DNA of 64,000 nt from Chiloscyllium plagiosum (Eukaryota). The stretch spans positions 75,387,764 through 75,451,763 of the forward strand of contig NC_057711.1 in NCBI RefSeq assembly GCF_004010195.1, in the 5' to 3' direction. This document shows positions 12,773 to 25,185 of the stretch, in pieces. The position numbers were made by a program, and so were the translations under genes. Within the stretch, counting starts at the first letter, position 1; each line of letters begins with the position of its first letter. The notes below the pieces were generated by a model that was not told the origin of the DNA, did no database searches, and worked only from the letters and a program-made list of their open reading frames with translations.

Positions 12773-13086
12773 GTGGTGGCACAGTGGTTAGCACTGCTGC
12801 CTCACAGCTCCAGAGACCTGGGTTCAATTCCCGCCTCAGGCGACTGACTGTGTGGAGTTTGCACGTTCTCCCCGTGTCCGCGTGGGTTTCCTCCGGGTGC
12901 TCTGGTTTCCTCCCACAGTCCAAAGATGTGCAGGTCAGGTGAATTGGCCATGCTAAATTGCCCGTCGTGTTAGGTAAAGGGTAAATGTAGGGGGTATGGG
13001 TGGGTTGCGCTTCGGTGGGCCGGTGTGGACTTGTTGGGCCGAAGGGCCTGTTTCCACACTGTAAGTAATCTAATCTAAAAAAAAAG
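12773..13086 (+). mobile_element. HE1-type tRNA-derived SINE, near full length
   Basis: A-box-like GTGGCACAGTGGTTAG and B-box GGTTCAATTCCC, a central conserved (V-type) domain, a LINE-like 3' tail, (TAATC)n and an A-run. Confidence 0.95.
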
Positions 13087-14502
13087 GCACTGACAGGCAA
13101 ATGCTGAGAGGATGTTTCCCCTCGGGAGAGTAGAGGGCATTCTCAGAATAAAGAGGCATCAATTTAAGACTGAGAGGAGGAGTAATTCCTTTTTTTGGAA
13201 GGTTGTGAATCTTTGGAACTCATGGCCACAGCAAGGTATGGAGGCAGAGTCCTTGTGTATATTTAATGCTGTTTCTTGATCAGGAGGGGAATCCAGGGGT
13301 ACAGGGAAAGGACATAAGGGAAGATATGAGGAATGTGCGGTCAGCCATGATCCTATTGAATGGAGGATCAGGCTCAAGGGGTCCAAATAGCCTACTCCTG
13401 TTCCTATTTCTTATGGTCTTATTGACAGTTCTTTTGTAAAATGGAGACAATGCATATCTTTATCCTTTCTGGGTTGCATGTAAGGGAACTGTTGTCTGCA
13501 AATCTTGGGTGGACGTATTCTATGATTAGAGCTCTCCTCCTCTTTCTCTTCCCTCCTCCAAAAGTGGTTTAACCCTGTTATATCCGTGTAATCTCCCCTC
13601 CTTTTTCTCAGTTGTAGTGCCAGTTAACATGAATGGTAATTACAGTTTTCATAGTTGGGAGCAAGACCTCTGAACAGAACCTTTGAAGACAGCTAAACTT
13701 TTCTCCTTCGTCAGCACTTCCTGGAGAAATCAGCAACTCTATTGCACTAAAAGACGCATAGCAGCCAATAAATTAATAAATTTAAAACTGAAAGTTGATT
13801 TAAAGAGCAGTGATGGGGTATCTTTCATGTTACTCAATGCATGTTTAGTTTTGTAATGGTAAGAGAAGGCATTACTTGGTGTATCATGGGTGAAATGGCA
13901 TAACTGGAGCCAAATCAACATTGCAACCTAATTGACATGAGAGTCTGCTTATTCTGCATCTTCCCAGTCCACATTTCTAACACCCTCACCAAAATTAAGT
14001 GTGTGCAGCAACACAAACTTTATTTTGCACTCCAAACAGTACTTGTAGCTCCAAACAGGGCGAAATAGGGCAAAGTCTGTAGTCTATTTATTCTGATTGA
14101 GGGGTCGGTGACAATTTCATGAATTTTACACTTCACTAATAAAGTAGGGAGGTTAGCTGAAGTTTCCTTATACTGATTGTTGTTAGAGCATGAGATATTT
14201 TCCCACAAGGAATTGTTGAAGTAGGAAGTGGCATGCCTTGAAGGAAATAATGTATGATTATAAGCAAAGGTAAACCAGTTACAATATCAGTCGTGAGACA
14301 GAAGTATTAGTTTTGAGTTGTTCCAACAAAGCTTCCTTCAATGCTTTAAAACCTTAATGGTCCTAAATATTTAATAACTTCCCAAGACCAAATTCCTTAA
14401 CTTAGTGTAGTTCCTATTCAACTATCAAAGATCCTGTTCCAGCTATATGATTCAATAGCATAACAAGAATCGTATCTGAACACAGCAGAAACTAAGGTCA
14501 CT

Positions 14503-14640
14503 AAAACAAAAGCAAAATGTTGCAAATGCTGGCAATTTGAAATAAAAACCAAGAGTACTGAAGAAACTGGTCTGGTAGGTCTGGCAGCATCTGTGGAGTC
14601 AGAACCACAAGTAAAATGTCAAGTCTATGTCTTTTTCAGA
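14503..14640 (-). mobile_element. Decayed PLE terminal fragment
   Basis: TGCAAATGCTGGCAATTTGAAATAAAAAC..GGTCTGGCAGCATCTGTGGAG parallels the left arm at 24136-24265. Confidence 0.65.
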
Positions 14641-14664
14641 ACAAAAGGACAATTGTATTTGTTG

Positions 14665-14997
14665 ATACCTGCCCTTCACCTTCAACATTTATTTCTTCCA
14701 GAACAGACACATAATGGTACCTTCTGCAAGATGCACTGCAGTAATTCACCAAGGCATCTGCAAAAGTACCTTCCAAACCCATGACCTCTATCACAGAAGG
14801 ACAAGGACCAGCAAATACACCCTTACCTGCAATTTCCACTCTTGACTTGAAACTATATCACCATTCAGACACTGTCAATTGATATTTCTGTCAACTTCTC
14901 CCGAATCACACAATGGGTCCATGGACTGCAACTCATTATCAAGGGCAATAAATACTGGCCTAGCTAGTAATGCCCACTTTCCATGAATGAACAAAAT
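14665..14997 (+). mobile_element. CR1/L2-type LINE 3' end (tail shared with the DeuSINEs)
   Basis: Ends GGGCAATAAATACTGGCCTAGCTAGTAATGCCCACTTTCCATGAATGAACAAAA, the same tail as at 51700-51760 and 58045-58105. Confidence 0.75.
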
Positions 14998-15999
14998 AAC
15001 ATAAGATAATATGCATTGCTGCCTGGTATGCTTACTCAGTAGCAGTGTGTTATTTGGATATAACAACACTTTTTTCTAGCCTATTAGCAACAGCATTTGA
15101 GTTTGCCTCCCCTACTAAAGATAACAAACTGCTTGGTCAATTTCAATTTATAAAACTGATTAGATATCTAATTTGAACAGCTTCACTGGTTATCCTTCTC
15201 TTTCTTCCCTCTGCTATTCAATGAGTACATGGATTGTTAATGGATTCACTGTGCAGTAGTTCCACTGGAAAGAGAGCAGTCTCAGCCATCTAGCCACCAT
15301 GAGTCAAACAGCTCACTGATCCTAGTGTTCAAGATTCAATCCAAGCTTCCCTCATCTGGATTGTTCCCTTTCTGACTGCAATCTGCTAGACTTTTCAATT
15401 TGTTTCATCTCATATGATTTATTTTTCATTTGAATCATTGTAAGCAGGGAAATTAATTTCCTCCATTTTCATGTGAATATGTTACTCATCATTTAAATTA
15501 CTCAAGTTCAACTCATTAGAGAAAATATTGCACATTGCTAATTTTTGATGGACTCTTTGAAACCTCCTCCTTAGACTGCAAGGCAGTTGGAGACCTCCTG
15601 ATTGAGCACCATGACTTTAATGCTTTCAAAATTTTATAAATCAATATGAGGGAAAGCTTACAGTTTCCTTTAGCTACTGCATCATATTGTTTCTTAAATA
15701 GTCTGTCCAAATGTACCATTCCTACACATTATTTTGAACTGCTATTAAATTGCGGCTGTTTATGTTCTGAATCCCCCCCGCCCTCTGACACACGCTCCTT
15801 CACAAAAAACACAGTGACTGCCAATGAACAATATACACAATATTTCACACCGGTCTACAGTCCTGATGGTTCAGATTGGCGTGGGGAAAAAGGGTTTCAG
15901 TTCATTGGGCACTGACACCAGTCCTGCAATAGAAAGGATCTGTTCTGGTGAGATGAGCTTCCCTTCACTGCTCTGAAACCAGTGTCATGATGAATCAAA

Positions 16000-18900
16000 T
16001 AATGAGGGCTGTAGAGAAGGCTTTAAATTAAATAGATGGGGTAGGGTATGATTTGGGAGAGGGGAAATGTAAGCTCACAAAGAAAAAGGATGTGGTGGCA
16101 TTGCAGGACAACTATTTAGGTAGTGACACCAAGAGTGGAATAGGTCAGGGCAGAATGTATGAACATCAAAAAAAAGTGTCAGCTGAGGATAGTACGGTAA
16201 AAAAAACCAAAATGAATGGCTCTGTTCTTATAGTACTCCGAACAAAGTAAAAGAGTTAATGGCACAGATAAAAGTTAATAGGTATGGTCTCATAGCCACA
16301 ATGGAGACATGGTTCCAAGGAGATCAAAGTTAGGAGATAGATATTCAAGGTATGTGACTTTTCAAGAGTGTGCAGGAAAGGGTAATGAGGTAGCTTTATT
16401 GGTGTAAGTTGGGATACATGCAATAGCAAGAAATTATCTTGGATCGGAATACAATATATAAAATCCATGTCCATAGACATAACAAATAAAGGGAGGAATG
16501 CACTAGTCAGAGCAGTCTATATGTCTCCTAACAGTATACTATAGGACAGAGAATAAATCCGGAGATAATGAAAGGCAGAACATTAATCATAGGAAACTTC
16601 AATCTTCATGTGGATTGAGAAAAAACAAATTGGCATGATTAAAAAAACCATAGTGTATTCAGGGCAGTTTCCTTGAACAATATGTTGTGGATTCAACCAG
16701 AGATCAGATTATTTTGGATCTGGTAATGTGCAATGAGGCAGATGTAATAAAGGAATTCAGGACACACAATACTACCAGAAATAGTGACCATAATGTGCTA
16801 GAATTTAGAATTCAGTGCAACAGAATGAAACTTTGGTTGGAAACAATTATGTTAAACTTAATTGAGAAAAATTATAAAACAATGAGGGCCAGAGTTGGAT
16901 GGCGTGAACTGCAAAAGGAGCATAGCAAAAAAGATGGTCAATGAACAATGACAAAAGTCTAAGAAATTAATTTATAAACTACAGTATATCCCAATGTGGA
17001 AGCAAGATTCTACAATACCAACCATGGTTAACCAAGGAAATTTAGGTTGGTATCATATTGAAAGAAAAACATACAATGTGGCAATAATTAATGCTAATCT
17101 TATAGATTCAGAAACTAATTGGTGAAAAACCAATAAAAGATTCCCAAAAAAAACAAAGGCAATTTCTATATGAAAAGAGAGGCCAAAGTGAACATAGACC
17201 CTTTAGAGAATTAGGCTGAGGAAATAATAATAGGAAGTCTTTCATTAGTCTTCACAGCAGAAGATACTAATAGCATTCCAAAAATAATAAATAGTTAAGA
17301 GGCAAATGAGGGAGATGAAACTAAGGTAATAAGTAATATGAAGATAATGTGCTAGGGAAACTAATGGGGCTAAAGAATGAGAAGTCCCTTGGATCTGATG
17401 GGTTGTATTCAAGGATATTCCAGGAAATAGCTACAAAGATAGCTGGTGCACTGGTGATAACTTTCCAAGAACCTTTAGATTCTGGAAAGATCACAGAGGA
17501 TTAGAAAAATACCCTTATTCCAAAAGAGAAGAAATACAACTAGGAACTGCAGGCCAGTTAGCATGATAGCTGTCAGTATGAAAAATATGAGATTCTATTG
17601 CAAAATTTGTGACAGCAGGGCATTTAGAAATACAAGATTATAATCCAACAGAGTCAGCATGGCTCCATGAAGGAGAAATTTAGAGTCAAAGTCAAATGTA
17701 CAACATAGACACAGACTCTTCAGTCTAATCAGTCCATGCCGACCAGATATCCTAAATTAATCTAGTCCCATTTGTCAGCACTTGGCCCATATCCCTCTAA
17801 ACTCCTCCTATTCATGTACCCATCCAGAAGCCTTTTATATGTTGTAATTGTACCAGCGTCCATCACTTCCTCTGGCAACTCATTCCATACATGCACTGCC
17901 CTTTGCCCCTTAGGTCCCTTTTAAATCTTTCCCCTTTCATCTTAAACCTATGCCCTCTAGTTTTAGATTCCCAAGGGAAAAGACATTTTCTATTCACCCT
18001 AAACATGCCCCTCATGATCTTAAAAACATCTATAAGGTCAGCCCTCAGCCTCCGACACTCCAGGGAAAAAAGCCCCAGCCAATTCTTCATCTCCCTATAG
18101 CTCAAACCTTACCCTAACAATATCTTTGTAGAACTTTTCTGAAGCCTTTCAAGTTTCACAACATCCATCCTATAGCAGGGAGACCAGAATTGCACATAGT
18201 ATTCCAAACCTGGAATGTCCTATACAGCTGCAACATGACCTCCCAACTCCCATACTCTGTGCACTGACCAATAAAGGAAAACATAACAAATTCCTTCTTC
18301 ACTATCCTATCTACCTGCAACTCCACTTTCAAGGAACTATGAACCTGCATGCGAGGTCTCTTTGTTCAGGCACATTCCCCAGGATCTTACCATTTAAGTG
18401 TATAAGTTCTGTCCTGATTTGCCGTTCCAAAATGCAGCATCTCACCTTTCTCTAAATTAAACACCATCTGCCACTGATCAAGGTGCCATTGTGTTTTGAG
18501 GTAGCTTTCTTCGTTGTCCACTGCACTGGTGTTATCTACTAACCATATCTCCCTATGTTCTTATCCAAATCATGTATACAAATGACAACAAGCAGTGGAC
18601 TCAACACTGATCCTTGTGGCACACCACTGGTCACAGTCCTCCAGTCTGCTTTTATCCCCCACCACCACCTTCTTGCATTGAGCCAGTTCTGTATCCAAAT
18701 GGTTAGTTCTCCCTGTATTCCTTGTGATCTAACCTTGCTAATCAGTCTATCATGAGGAAGCTTGTCAAACACCTTACTGAAGTCCATATAGATCACGTCC
18801 AATGCTCTGCCCTCATCAATCCTCTTCATTACTTCCTCAAAAAATTCAATCAAGTTAGTGAGACATGATTTCCCATGTTGACAATTGTAATCAGTCCTTA

Positions 18901-20465
18901 CCTTTCCAAATCCTATCCCTCAGGATTCCCTCCATCCAAACTGCCCAACACCAATGTCAGGCTCACAGGTCTATAGTTCCCTGGCTTTTCCTTACCACCT
19001 TTCTTAAATAGTAGTACCACGTTAGCCAACCCACAGTCTTCTGGGACCTCACCTGTGCCCATTGATGATGCAACTATTCAGCAAGGGGCATAGCAATCAC
19101 TTCCCTAGCTTCCCACCAAGTTCTAGGGTACACCTGATCAGGTCCTGGGGATTTACTCACCATTCTGCATTTTAAGATGTCCAGCAGCACCACCACCTGT
19201 AACATAGACATTTCTCAAGATGTCGCTATTTATTTCCCCACGTTCTATATCTTCCATGTTCTTCTCCACAGTAAATACTGATACAAAATACTTGTTTGAT
19301 ATCTCCCTGATATCCTGCGGTTCCACACATGGGAGGCCTTGCTGATCTTTAAGGTACTTTATTCTCTCCCTAGTTACCCTTTTGTCCTTTAATGTATTTA
19401 CAAAATCCCTTTGGATTCTCTTTAACCTTATTTGCCAAAGCTATCTCTTGACCCCTTTTTGCCCACCTGATTTCCGTCCAGTATACTCCTATTATTTTTA
19501 TACTCTTCTAAGGATTGACTCAATCTCTGCTGCCTATACCTGATATATGCTTCCTTCTTTTTCTTGACCAAAACCTCAATTTCTCTAATCATCCACAATT
19601 CCCTACAACTACCAGCCTTGCCCTCCACCCTAACAGGAACATACTGTCTCTGGACTCTCTATCTCATTTTTAAAGACTTCCCATTTCATCCCTTTACCTG
19701 CAAACATCATGCCCCAATCAACTTTTGGAAACTCTTACCTAATACCAGAAAAATTGGCCTTCTACCATTTAGAACATTAACTTTTAGATCTGGTCTATCC
19801 TTTTCATCACTATTTTAAAATTAATAGAATTACGATCACTGGCCCCAAAGTACTCCCCCACTGACACCTCAATCACCTGCCCTGCTTTATTTTCCAATAG
19901 TGAGTCAAGTTTTGCACCTCCTCCAATAAGTACATCCATTTACCAAATCAGAATTTTCTTGTACACACTTAACAAATTCCTCTCCATCCAATCCTGTAAC
20001 ACTATGACAGAGAGGATTCTGGGTAATCTAAGATGGAGGACAGGAAAAAGTTATGGCTGTCAGAGCTCGTTTTGTTTTTGAGGTATTTTCAGTGTTGGAG
20101 CTGATACCCTTGAATTCCGAGAGCAGGAATTCTTGTTTTATAAGCCGTTGCATTGTTTTGGAATTTTGCCCCCAAAAAATTTAAGTGTAATAACATTTAT
20201 CAGAATTTTTTGAGGAGATAACAAGTAGGAGAGATAAAGGGGAACCAGTAGTTCAATATACTTGGATTTCCAAACAACATTTGATATGGTATCATACAAG
20301 GCTAGCTCATAAGATTAGAGCTCATGTTGTTAGGGTTAATATATTAACTTGGATAGAGGTTTGGTTAACTGATAGAAGACACAGAATAAGATGGAGAATT
20401 TGCAGGTTGACAACTCTAAATAGTAGAGTGCCACAGGGGTTCAGTGTGGGACCACAATCACTTAG
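16000..20465 (+). mobile_element. Old CR1 LINE (EN to RT), split by a younger antisense CR1 (17681-20185)
   Basis: EN remnant TRDQIILDLVMCNE..SDHNVLEF. The RT reads SQHGSMKEK at ~17650 and resumes TFIRIF/SEFFEEITS at ~20190, continuing to VPQGFSVGP. Confidence 0.8.
17681..20008 (-). mobile_element. HER1-like CR1 LINE, 5'-truncated within the endonuclease
   Basis: Minus-strand ORFs read [44 protein letters not shown] and LFSLECRRLRADLIDVFKIMRG. The 3' tail is at ~17685. Confidence 0.93.
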
Positions 20466-20665
20466 AATATCAGATCTAGGAGCAGGAACAAGCAAGTCAG
20501 CTCCTTAAACCTGCTCCACCATTTGATATTATCATGGCTGATCTCATCATGACCTCAATTTAACATCTTGCCCACTCTCCATAATCCTTCAATCTATTCC
20601 GAATTAAAGATCTGTCTGTCTCCTCAAATTTCCTCAATGTTCAGGTATCCACCACATTTAAGGTA
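20466..20665 (-). mobile_element. Old CR1 3' end
   Basis: AGGAGCAGGA..CCTGCTCCACCATTTGATATTATCATGGCTGATCTC is the reverse complement of a CR1 tail like 13340-13420. Confidence 0.65.
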
Positions 20666-20669
20666 GTGA

Positions 20670-20778
20670 ATTTGGGGTGATGGGATAGGGTGGGTCTGAG
20701 TGTAATACTCTTTGGAGAGTAGGTGCAGAGTCAATGGGCCAAAGAGCCTCTTTCTGCATTGTACAGATTCTGTGATTA
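20670..20778 (+). mobile_element. HE1-related SINE 3' end
   Basis: GGGTCTGAGTGTAATACTCTTTGGAGAGTAGGTGCAGAGTCAATGGGCCAAAGAGCCTC..TGTACAGATTCTGTGAT resembles the HE1 3' region. Confidence 0.6.
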
Positions 20779-21049
20779 TCTGTTGTTTTACTCCTGTAGG
20801 GAGAGAGAGGTGGGTATTAATGGAGATGAAAGTGAGCAGCATAGCTGTTGCTTTTAATTCAGATGGGGAGGTGTCACAAGTGAGTGATTAGGCACCATGA
20901 GTGATGTTGTTGCTGGGTGACAGTAAAGAAGAGATGTTGCAGGCAGTAGTGAGAGTTGGTGGAGCATGAGCGTTGATGGAAAATAGGAGGTGGGTAAAGG
21001 GGCAGAGACAGAGTTTAATGTGAGGTATCAGAGAAGCTGGTGGAGTGGA

Positions 21050-21530
21050 GAAGGTCATTGACTTTCTTCCTGCAATGCTGTGCATTCCTCCAGATGGTTG
21101 AGACTGAAATGACCCAGGTGGGAACCTTGGATCAGGCTGGCTAGGTCATGACCTTGTCAGCTGGTCCTGGGGGAAAGAGGTCAGCCTACCACCACATCAA
21201 TTTTCCCTTCTCTGCCATGACCATGCCAAATATCAGGAAACATACAAGGCAACTCTGGGCCAATGTTTCTTGTCTGGGCAGAACAACTTATCAAACCTGA
21301 TGCTGGCACCAGAGATGGCAGTGAATTCCAAGATATCCTGGCAGTGTTGCATTGTTCTGGGTACAGCATGTGATGGAATCAGTCTAGAATTGAATGAGAA
21401 GGGTGGCCTGGGGTAATCAATGTGGTGAGATTAGTAAGACACAGTGAGAGATCTTGCTAGACTTTTTCTGGAGTGAAATCTTCTCTGAAATTCGACAAAA
21501 CTGACAAATTTCTTTGGTAAGATTCAGCCC
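21050..21530 (-). mobile_element. PIF/Harbinger DNA-transposon remnant (Myb/SANT-like ORF fragment)
   Basis: Minus strand 21140->21051 translates PA*SKVPTWVISVSTIWRNAQHCRKKVNDL, matching the trihelix Myb/SANT motif W..VA..V...S...R...QCRKK.NDL. A putative terminus GGGCTGAATC lies at 21530. Confidence 0.6.
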
Positions 21531-21719
21531 ACTTTTTCCATTGTTTACTATTTGAAATATTATTGCCCCTGAGAAACCTGCATTTGAGGCTTTAAAAGGC
21601 CAAATATTTCCTGTCTGTGCTGTTCTCAGACGACTTGCTTCTTTCAGGTCTGCCTCTGCCGCGAAATTGATTGTTACCTGTTGGGCATCTACAATTTGTT
21701 GCAGATGATGAGGGAAGGT

Positions 21720-22100
21720 TAAACGTTTATGCAGGATCTTGAGCCTGAACCTTTATAAATAGAAGTGTAGATTACAAAACAGAGGTGATTTTGCTGAATT
21801 TTAATAAAACACTGATTTACCTCCATTTTAATATCATGAACACTCCAATTGTGAACATTACATTAGCTTTAGAGGATGTGAAGGCACTGGAGAAGGCGAA
21901 GAAATTAGACATAGAATGGCTCGTGTGCTGAGAGATGTCAGATTTGGGAAGCTGGGTTTGCTTTCCTAGAAGAAGAGGAAATTCGATAGAGAAATTCAAG
22001 ATCATGAAGTGCCTGAATAGAACTAAATAGGGTGCAGTTGTTCCCATTTACAGAAGGGTTGATAATAAAAGGGCGTAGATATAAAGTGAATGGCAACAAA
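21720..22100 (+). mobile_element. Old CR1 3' portion, heavily decayed
   Basis: GGATGTGAAGGCACTGGAGAAGG (DVKALEK) and AAATTCAAGATCATGAAGTGCCTGAATAGA (FKIMK.L.R) remnants. Confidence 0.6.
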
Positions 22101-22101
22101 T

Positions 22102-24008
22102 CTTAAGAAAAAGAAGGAAGCATATGTCAGGTATAGACAGGATAGATCGAGTGAAAAGGCAATAGGAATATACTTAAGAGGGAAATCAGTACAGCAAAAA
22201 GGGTTAAGGAGAATTCAAAAGGTTTTTACAAATGCATTAAGGACAAAATGGTAACTAGGGAGCAAATAGGGCCCCTCAAAGATCAGCAAGGCAACCTTTG
22301 TGTGGAGCCACAGGAGATGGGGGAGATACTAAACGAGTATTTTGCATCAGTGCTTACTGTGGAAAAGGACATGGAAGATACAGAATCTTGAAAAATGCCC
22401 ATATTACAGAGGAGGAAGTGCTGGATGTCTTCAAACTCATAAAGGTAAATAGATTCCCAGGACCTGATCAGGTGTAACCAGCAACTCTGTGAGAAGCTAG
22501 GGAAGTGATCGCTGGGCCTCTGAGATATTTGTGCCGTCAATAGTCACAGGTGACGTGCCGGAAGACTGGAGGTTGGCCAATGTGATACCATTATTTAAGA
22601 AAGGTGGTAAGGACAGGCCAGGAACTGTAGACCAGTGAGTCTGATGTTGGTGGGCAAATTGTTGGAGGGAATCCTACGGGACAGGATTTACACGTAGTTG
22701 GAAAAGCAAGTACTGATTAGGGATAGTCAACATGACTTTGTGCGTGGGAAATTATATCTCGTGAACTTGAGTGAGTTTTTTGAGAAAGTAACAGAGGATT
22801 GATGAGGGCAGAGTGGTGCACATGATCTATATTGACTTCAGTAAGGTGTTTGACAAGGTTCCCCATGGGAGACTGATTAGCAAGGTTAGATCTCATGGAA
22901 TACATGGAGAACTAGCCATTTGGATACAGAACTGGCTCAAAGGTAGAAGACAGAGGGTGGTGGTGGAGGGTAGTTTTTCAGACTGGAGGCCTGTGACCAG
23001 TGGAGTGCCACAAGGATCGGTGCTGGGTCCACTACTTTTTGGATTTATATAAATGATTTGGATGTGAGCATAAGAGGTACAGTTAGTAAATTTGCAGATG
23101 ACACCAAAATTGGAGATGTAGTGGACAGTGAAGAAGGTTACCTTAGATTCCAAAGGAATCTTGATCAAATGGACCAATGTGCTGAGTAGCGGTAGATGGA
23201 GTTTAATTTAGGTAAATGCGAGGTGCTGCATTTTGGGAAAGCAAATCTTAGCGGGACTTATCCACTTAATGGTAAGGTCCTAGGGAGCATTGCTGAACAA
23301 AGAGACCTTGGAGTGCAGGTCCACAGTTCCTTGGAAGTGGAGTTACAGGTAGATAGGACAGTGAAGAAGATGATTGGTATCCTTTCCTTTATTGGTCAGA
23401 GCATTGAGTACAGGAGGTGGGAGGTCATGTTGAGGCTGTTCGGATGTTGGTTAGGCCACTGTTGGAATATTGTGTGCAATTCTGGTCTCCTTCCTATTGG
23501 AAGGATTTTGTGAAACTTGAAAGGGTTCAGAAAAGATTTACAAGGATGTTGTCAGGGTTGGAGGATTTGAGCTATATGGAGAGGCTGAATATCCTGGGGC
23601 TGTTTTCCCTGGAGTGTCGTAGGCTGAGGGGTGATCTTATAGAGGTTTATAAAATCATGAGGGGCATGAATAGGGTAAATAGACAAAGTCTTTTCCCTGG
23701 GGTGGGGGAGACCAGAACTAGATGGCATAGGTTTAGGGTGAGAGGGGAAAGATATAAAGCAGGCCTAAGGGGCAACTTTTTCACGCAGAGGGTGGTGCGT
23801 GTGTGGCGTGCGCTGCTAGAGGACGTGGTGGAGGCTAGTACAATTGCAACACTTAAGAGGCATCTGAATGGGTATATGAATAGGAAAGGTTTAGGGGGAT
23901 ATGGGCCGGGTGCTAGCAAATGGGACTAGGTTAAGTTGAGATATCTAGTCGGCATGGACAATTTGGATCGAAGGGTCTGTTTCCATGCTGTATGTTTCTA
24001 TGACTCTG
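22102..24008 (+). mobile_element. HER1-like CR1 LINE, 5'-truncated, covering the RT domain and 3' end
   Basis: Reads [48 protein letters not shown] (23091-23108) and LEYCVQFWSPSY..KLERVQKRFTRML. Has frameshifts and stops. The 3' tail ends CTATGACTCT. Confidence 0.95.
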
Positions 24009-24135
24009 TGGAAAACCATTTTAATGTAGTAAGCAGTTAGGATCTAGCATCCTCTGTTTGATAGTATGGTATGACCAGTATATTCAAGGTTTGCTATATA
24101 GTCGTCCATGTAACATATATCACAAAACGCTAGGT

Positions 24136-24524
24136 AAAGGTAAATTACTGCGGATGCTGGAATCTGAAACCAAAAGAGAAAATGCTGGAAAATCTCAGCA
24201 GGTCTGGCAGCATCTGTAAGGAGAGAAAAGAACTGATGTTTCGAGTTAACTGGCCCTTTGTCAAACTGACCCTTCAACTCATCCCATTTTCTCCAAATCA
24301 AAGGTGTAGCAATGGGTACCCGCATGGGTCCTAGCTATGCCTGCCTTTTCATGGGGTATGTGGAACATTTCTTGTTCCAGGCCTACCCAGGTCCCCTCCC
24401 ACAACTGCTTTATTGGTACAGCTTTGACAAAGGGTCAGATAGACTCAAAACGTCAGCTCTTTTCTCTCCTTACAGATGCTGCCAGATCTGCTGAGATTTG
24501 CCAGCATTTTCTCTTTTGGTTTCA
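24136..24524. mobile_element. PLE fold-back insertion: inverted terminal arms enclosing a Penelope RT fragment, with a ~16-bp TSD
   Basis: Arms 24165-24265 and 24423-24524 are inverted copies. The interior 24270-24420 encodes [31 protein letters not shown] (Penelope RT motif). Flanks TCACAAAACGCTAGGT (24120-24135) and TCACAAAGCGCTTGGT (24522-24537) match at 14/16. Confidence 0.88.
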
Positions 24525-24974
24525 CAAAGCGCTTGGTTCATGATGAAATGGATATCTGGACATTTATTAACAACTATCTATGTTTTGACATCTCAGACTT
24601 ATAGATACAGCCTGGGTTTATAGATATTTCTCTATGTTCAGACACGTTACAATGCATAGATGGCACTTGAATACATAGCTTCTGGTCTCAATGCAGGGAC
24701 ACTCTGCCATAAGTTCCCAGTATGGGTTATATGCTTTCATAGATTATTACTACATTATTGCATAGTTCACTGAGTGACTAAATGACTGACTAATAGACTG
24801 ACTGCTTGCTTAACTACTGGCTGAATGTCCAGAGAGTAAAATGGAGACCTGTTATATTGAAGCATTATATATCATCTGTCATCTAGCTGTCTTAAAGGTA
24901 GACTGCCTGTCTGACATCTGCCCTATAATACAACAGAGACACTTTCAATCGTGATTTTCAAAGAGCTGTCTAAT

Positions 24975-25185
24975 AGATGCTGGTTTGCAATGTATACTGA
25001 TACCAACAGTGTGGGTTCAATTCCCACTCTGGGAGGTTACCATGAAGGACTCTCCTTCTCAACCTCACCCCTCACCCGGTGGTATGGTGACCCATAGCTT
25101 AAACCATCACCATCTTTCTCTTTATCTTTCTCTATCTCTATCTCTCATGAGGGAGCAGTCCTCGGGGACTACAGTAAGTTTACCT
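24975..25185 (+). mobile_element. tRNA-derived SINE of a third family
   Basis: GCTGGTTTGCAATG..CCAACAGTGTGGGTTCAATTCCC (B-box) is followed by a non-tRNA body ending GTAAGTTTACCT. Family not named. Confidence 0.55.

Larger units (their letters stand above)
9990..13422 (+). mobile_element. Old, decayed CR1 LINE (APE endonuclease to RT to 3' end), interrupted by PLE (10496-10881) and HE1 (12773-13086) insertions
   Basis: Remnant motifs appear in order: ILVGVKYR..AIIMVDFNL (EN), EVELNRYFASLF, RGLECKSREFLLQLYEVLVRP. Ends in the 3' tail CCTACTCCTGTTCCTATTTCTTATGGTCTTAT. Confidence 0.88.

Noticed and set aside
12702..13100. Repeated 'proteins' such as DCGRKPEHPEETHADTGRTCKLH and MYSMETDPSVQP
   Set aside because: These are chance translations of the HE1 SINE and the antisense CR1 3' tail. 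They recur because the repeats recur.
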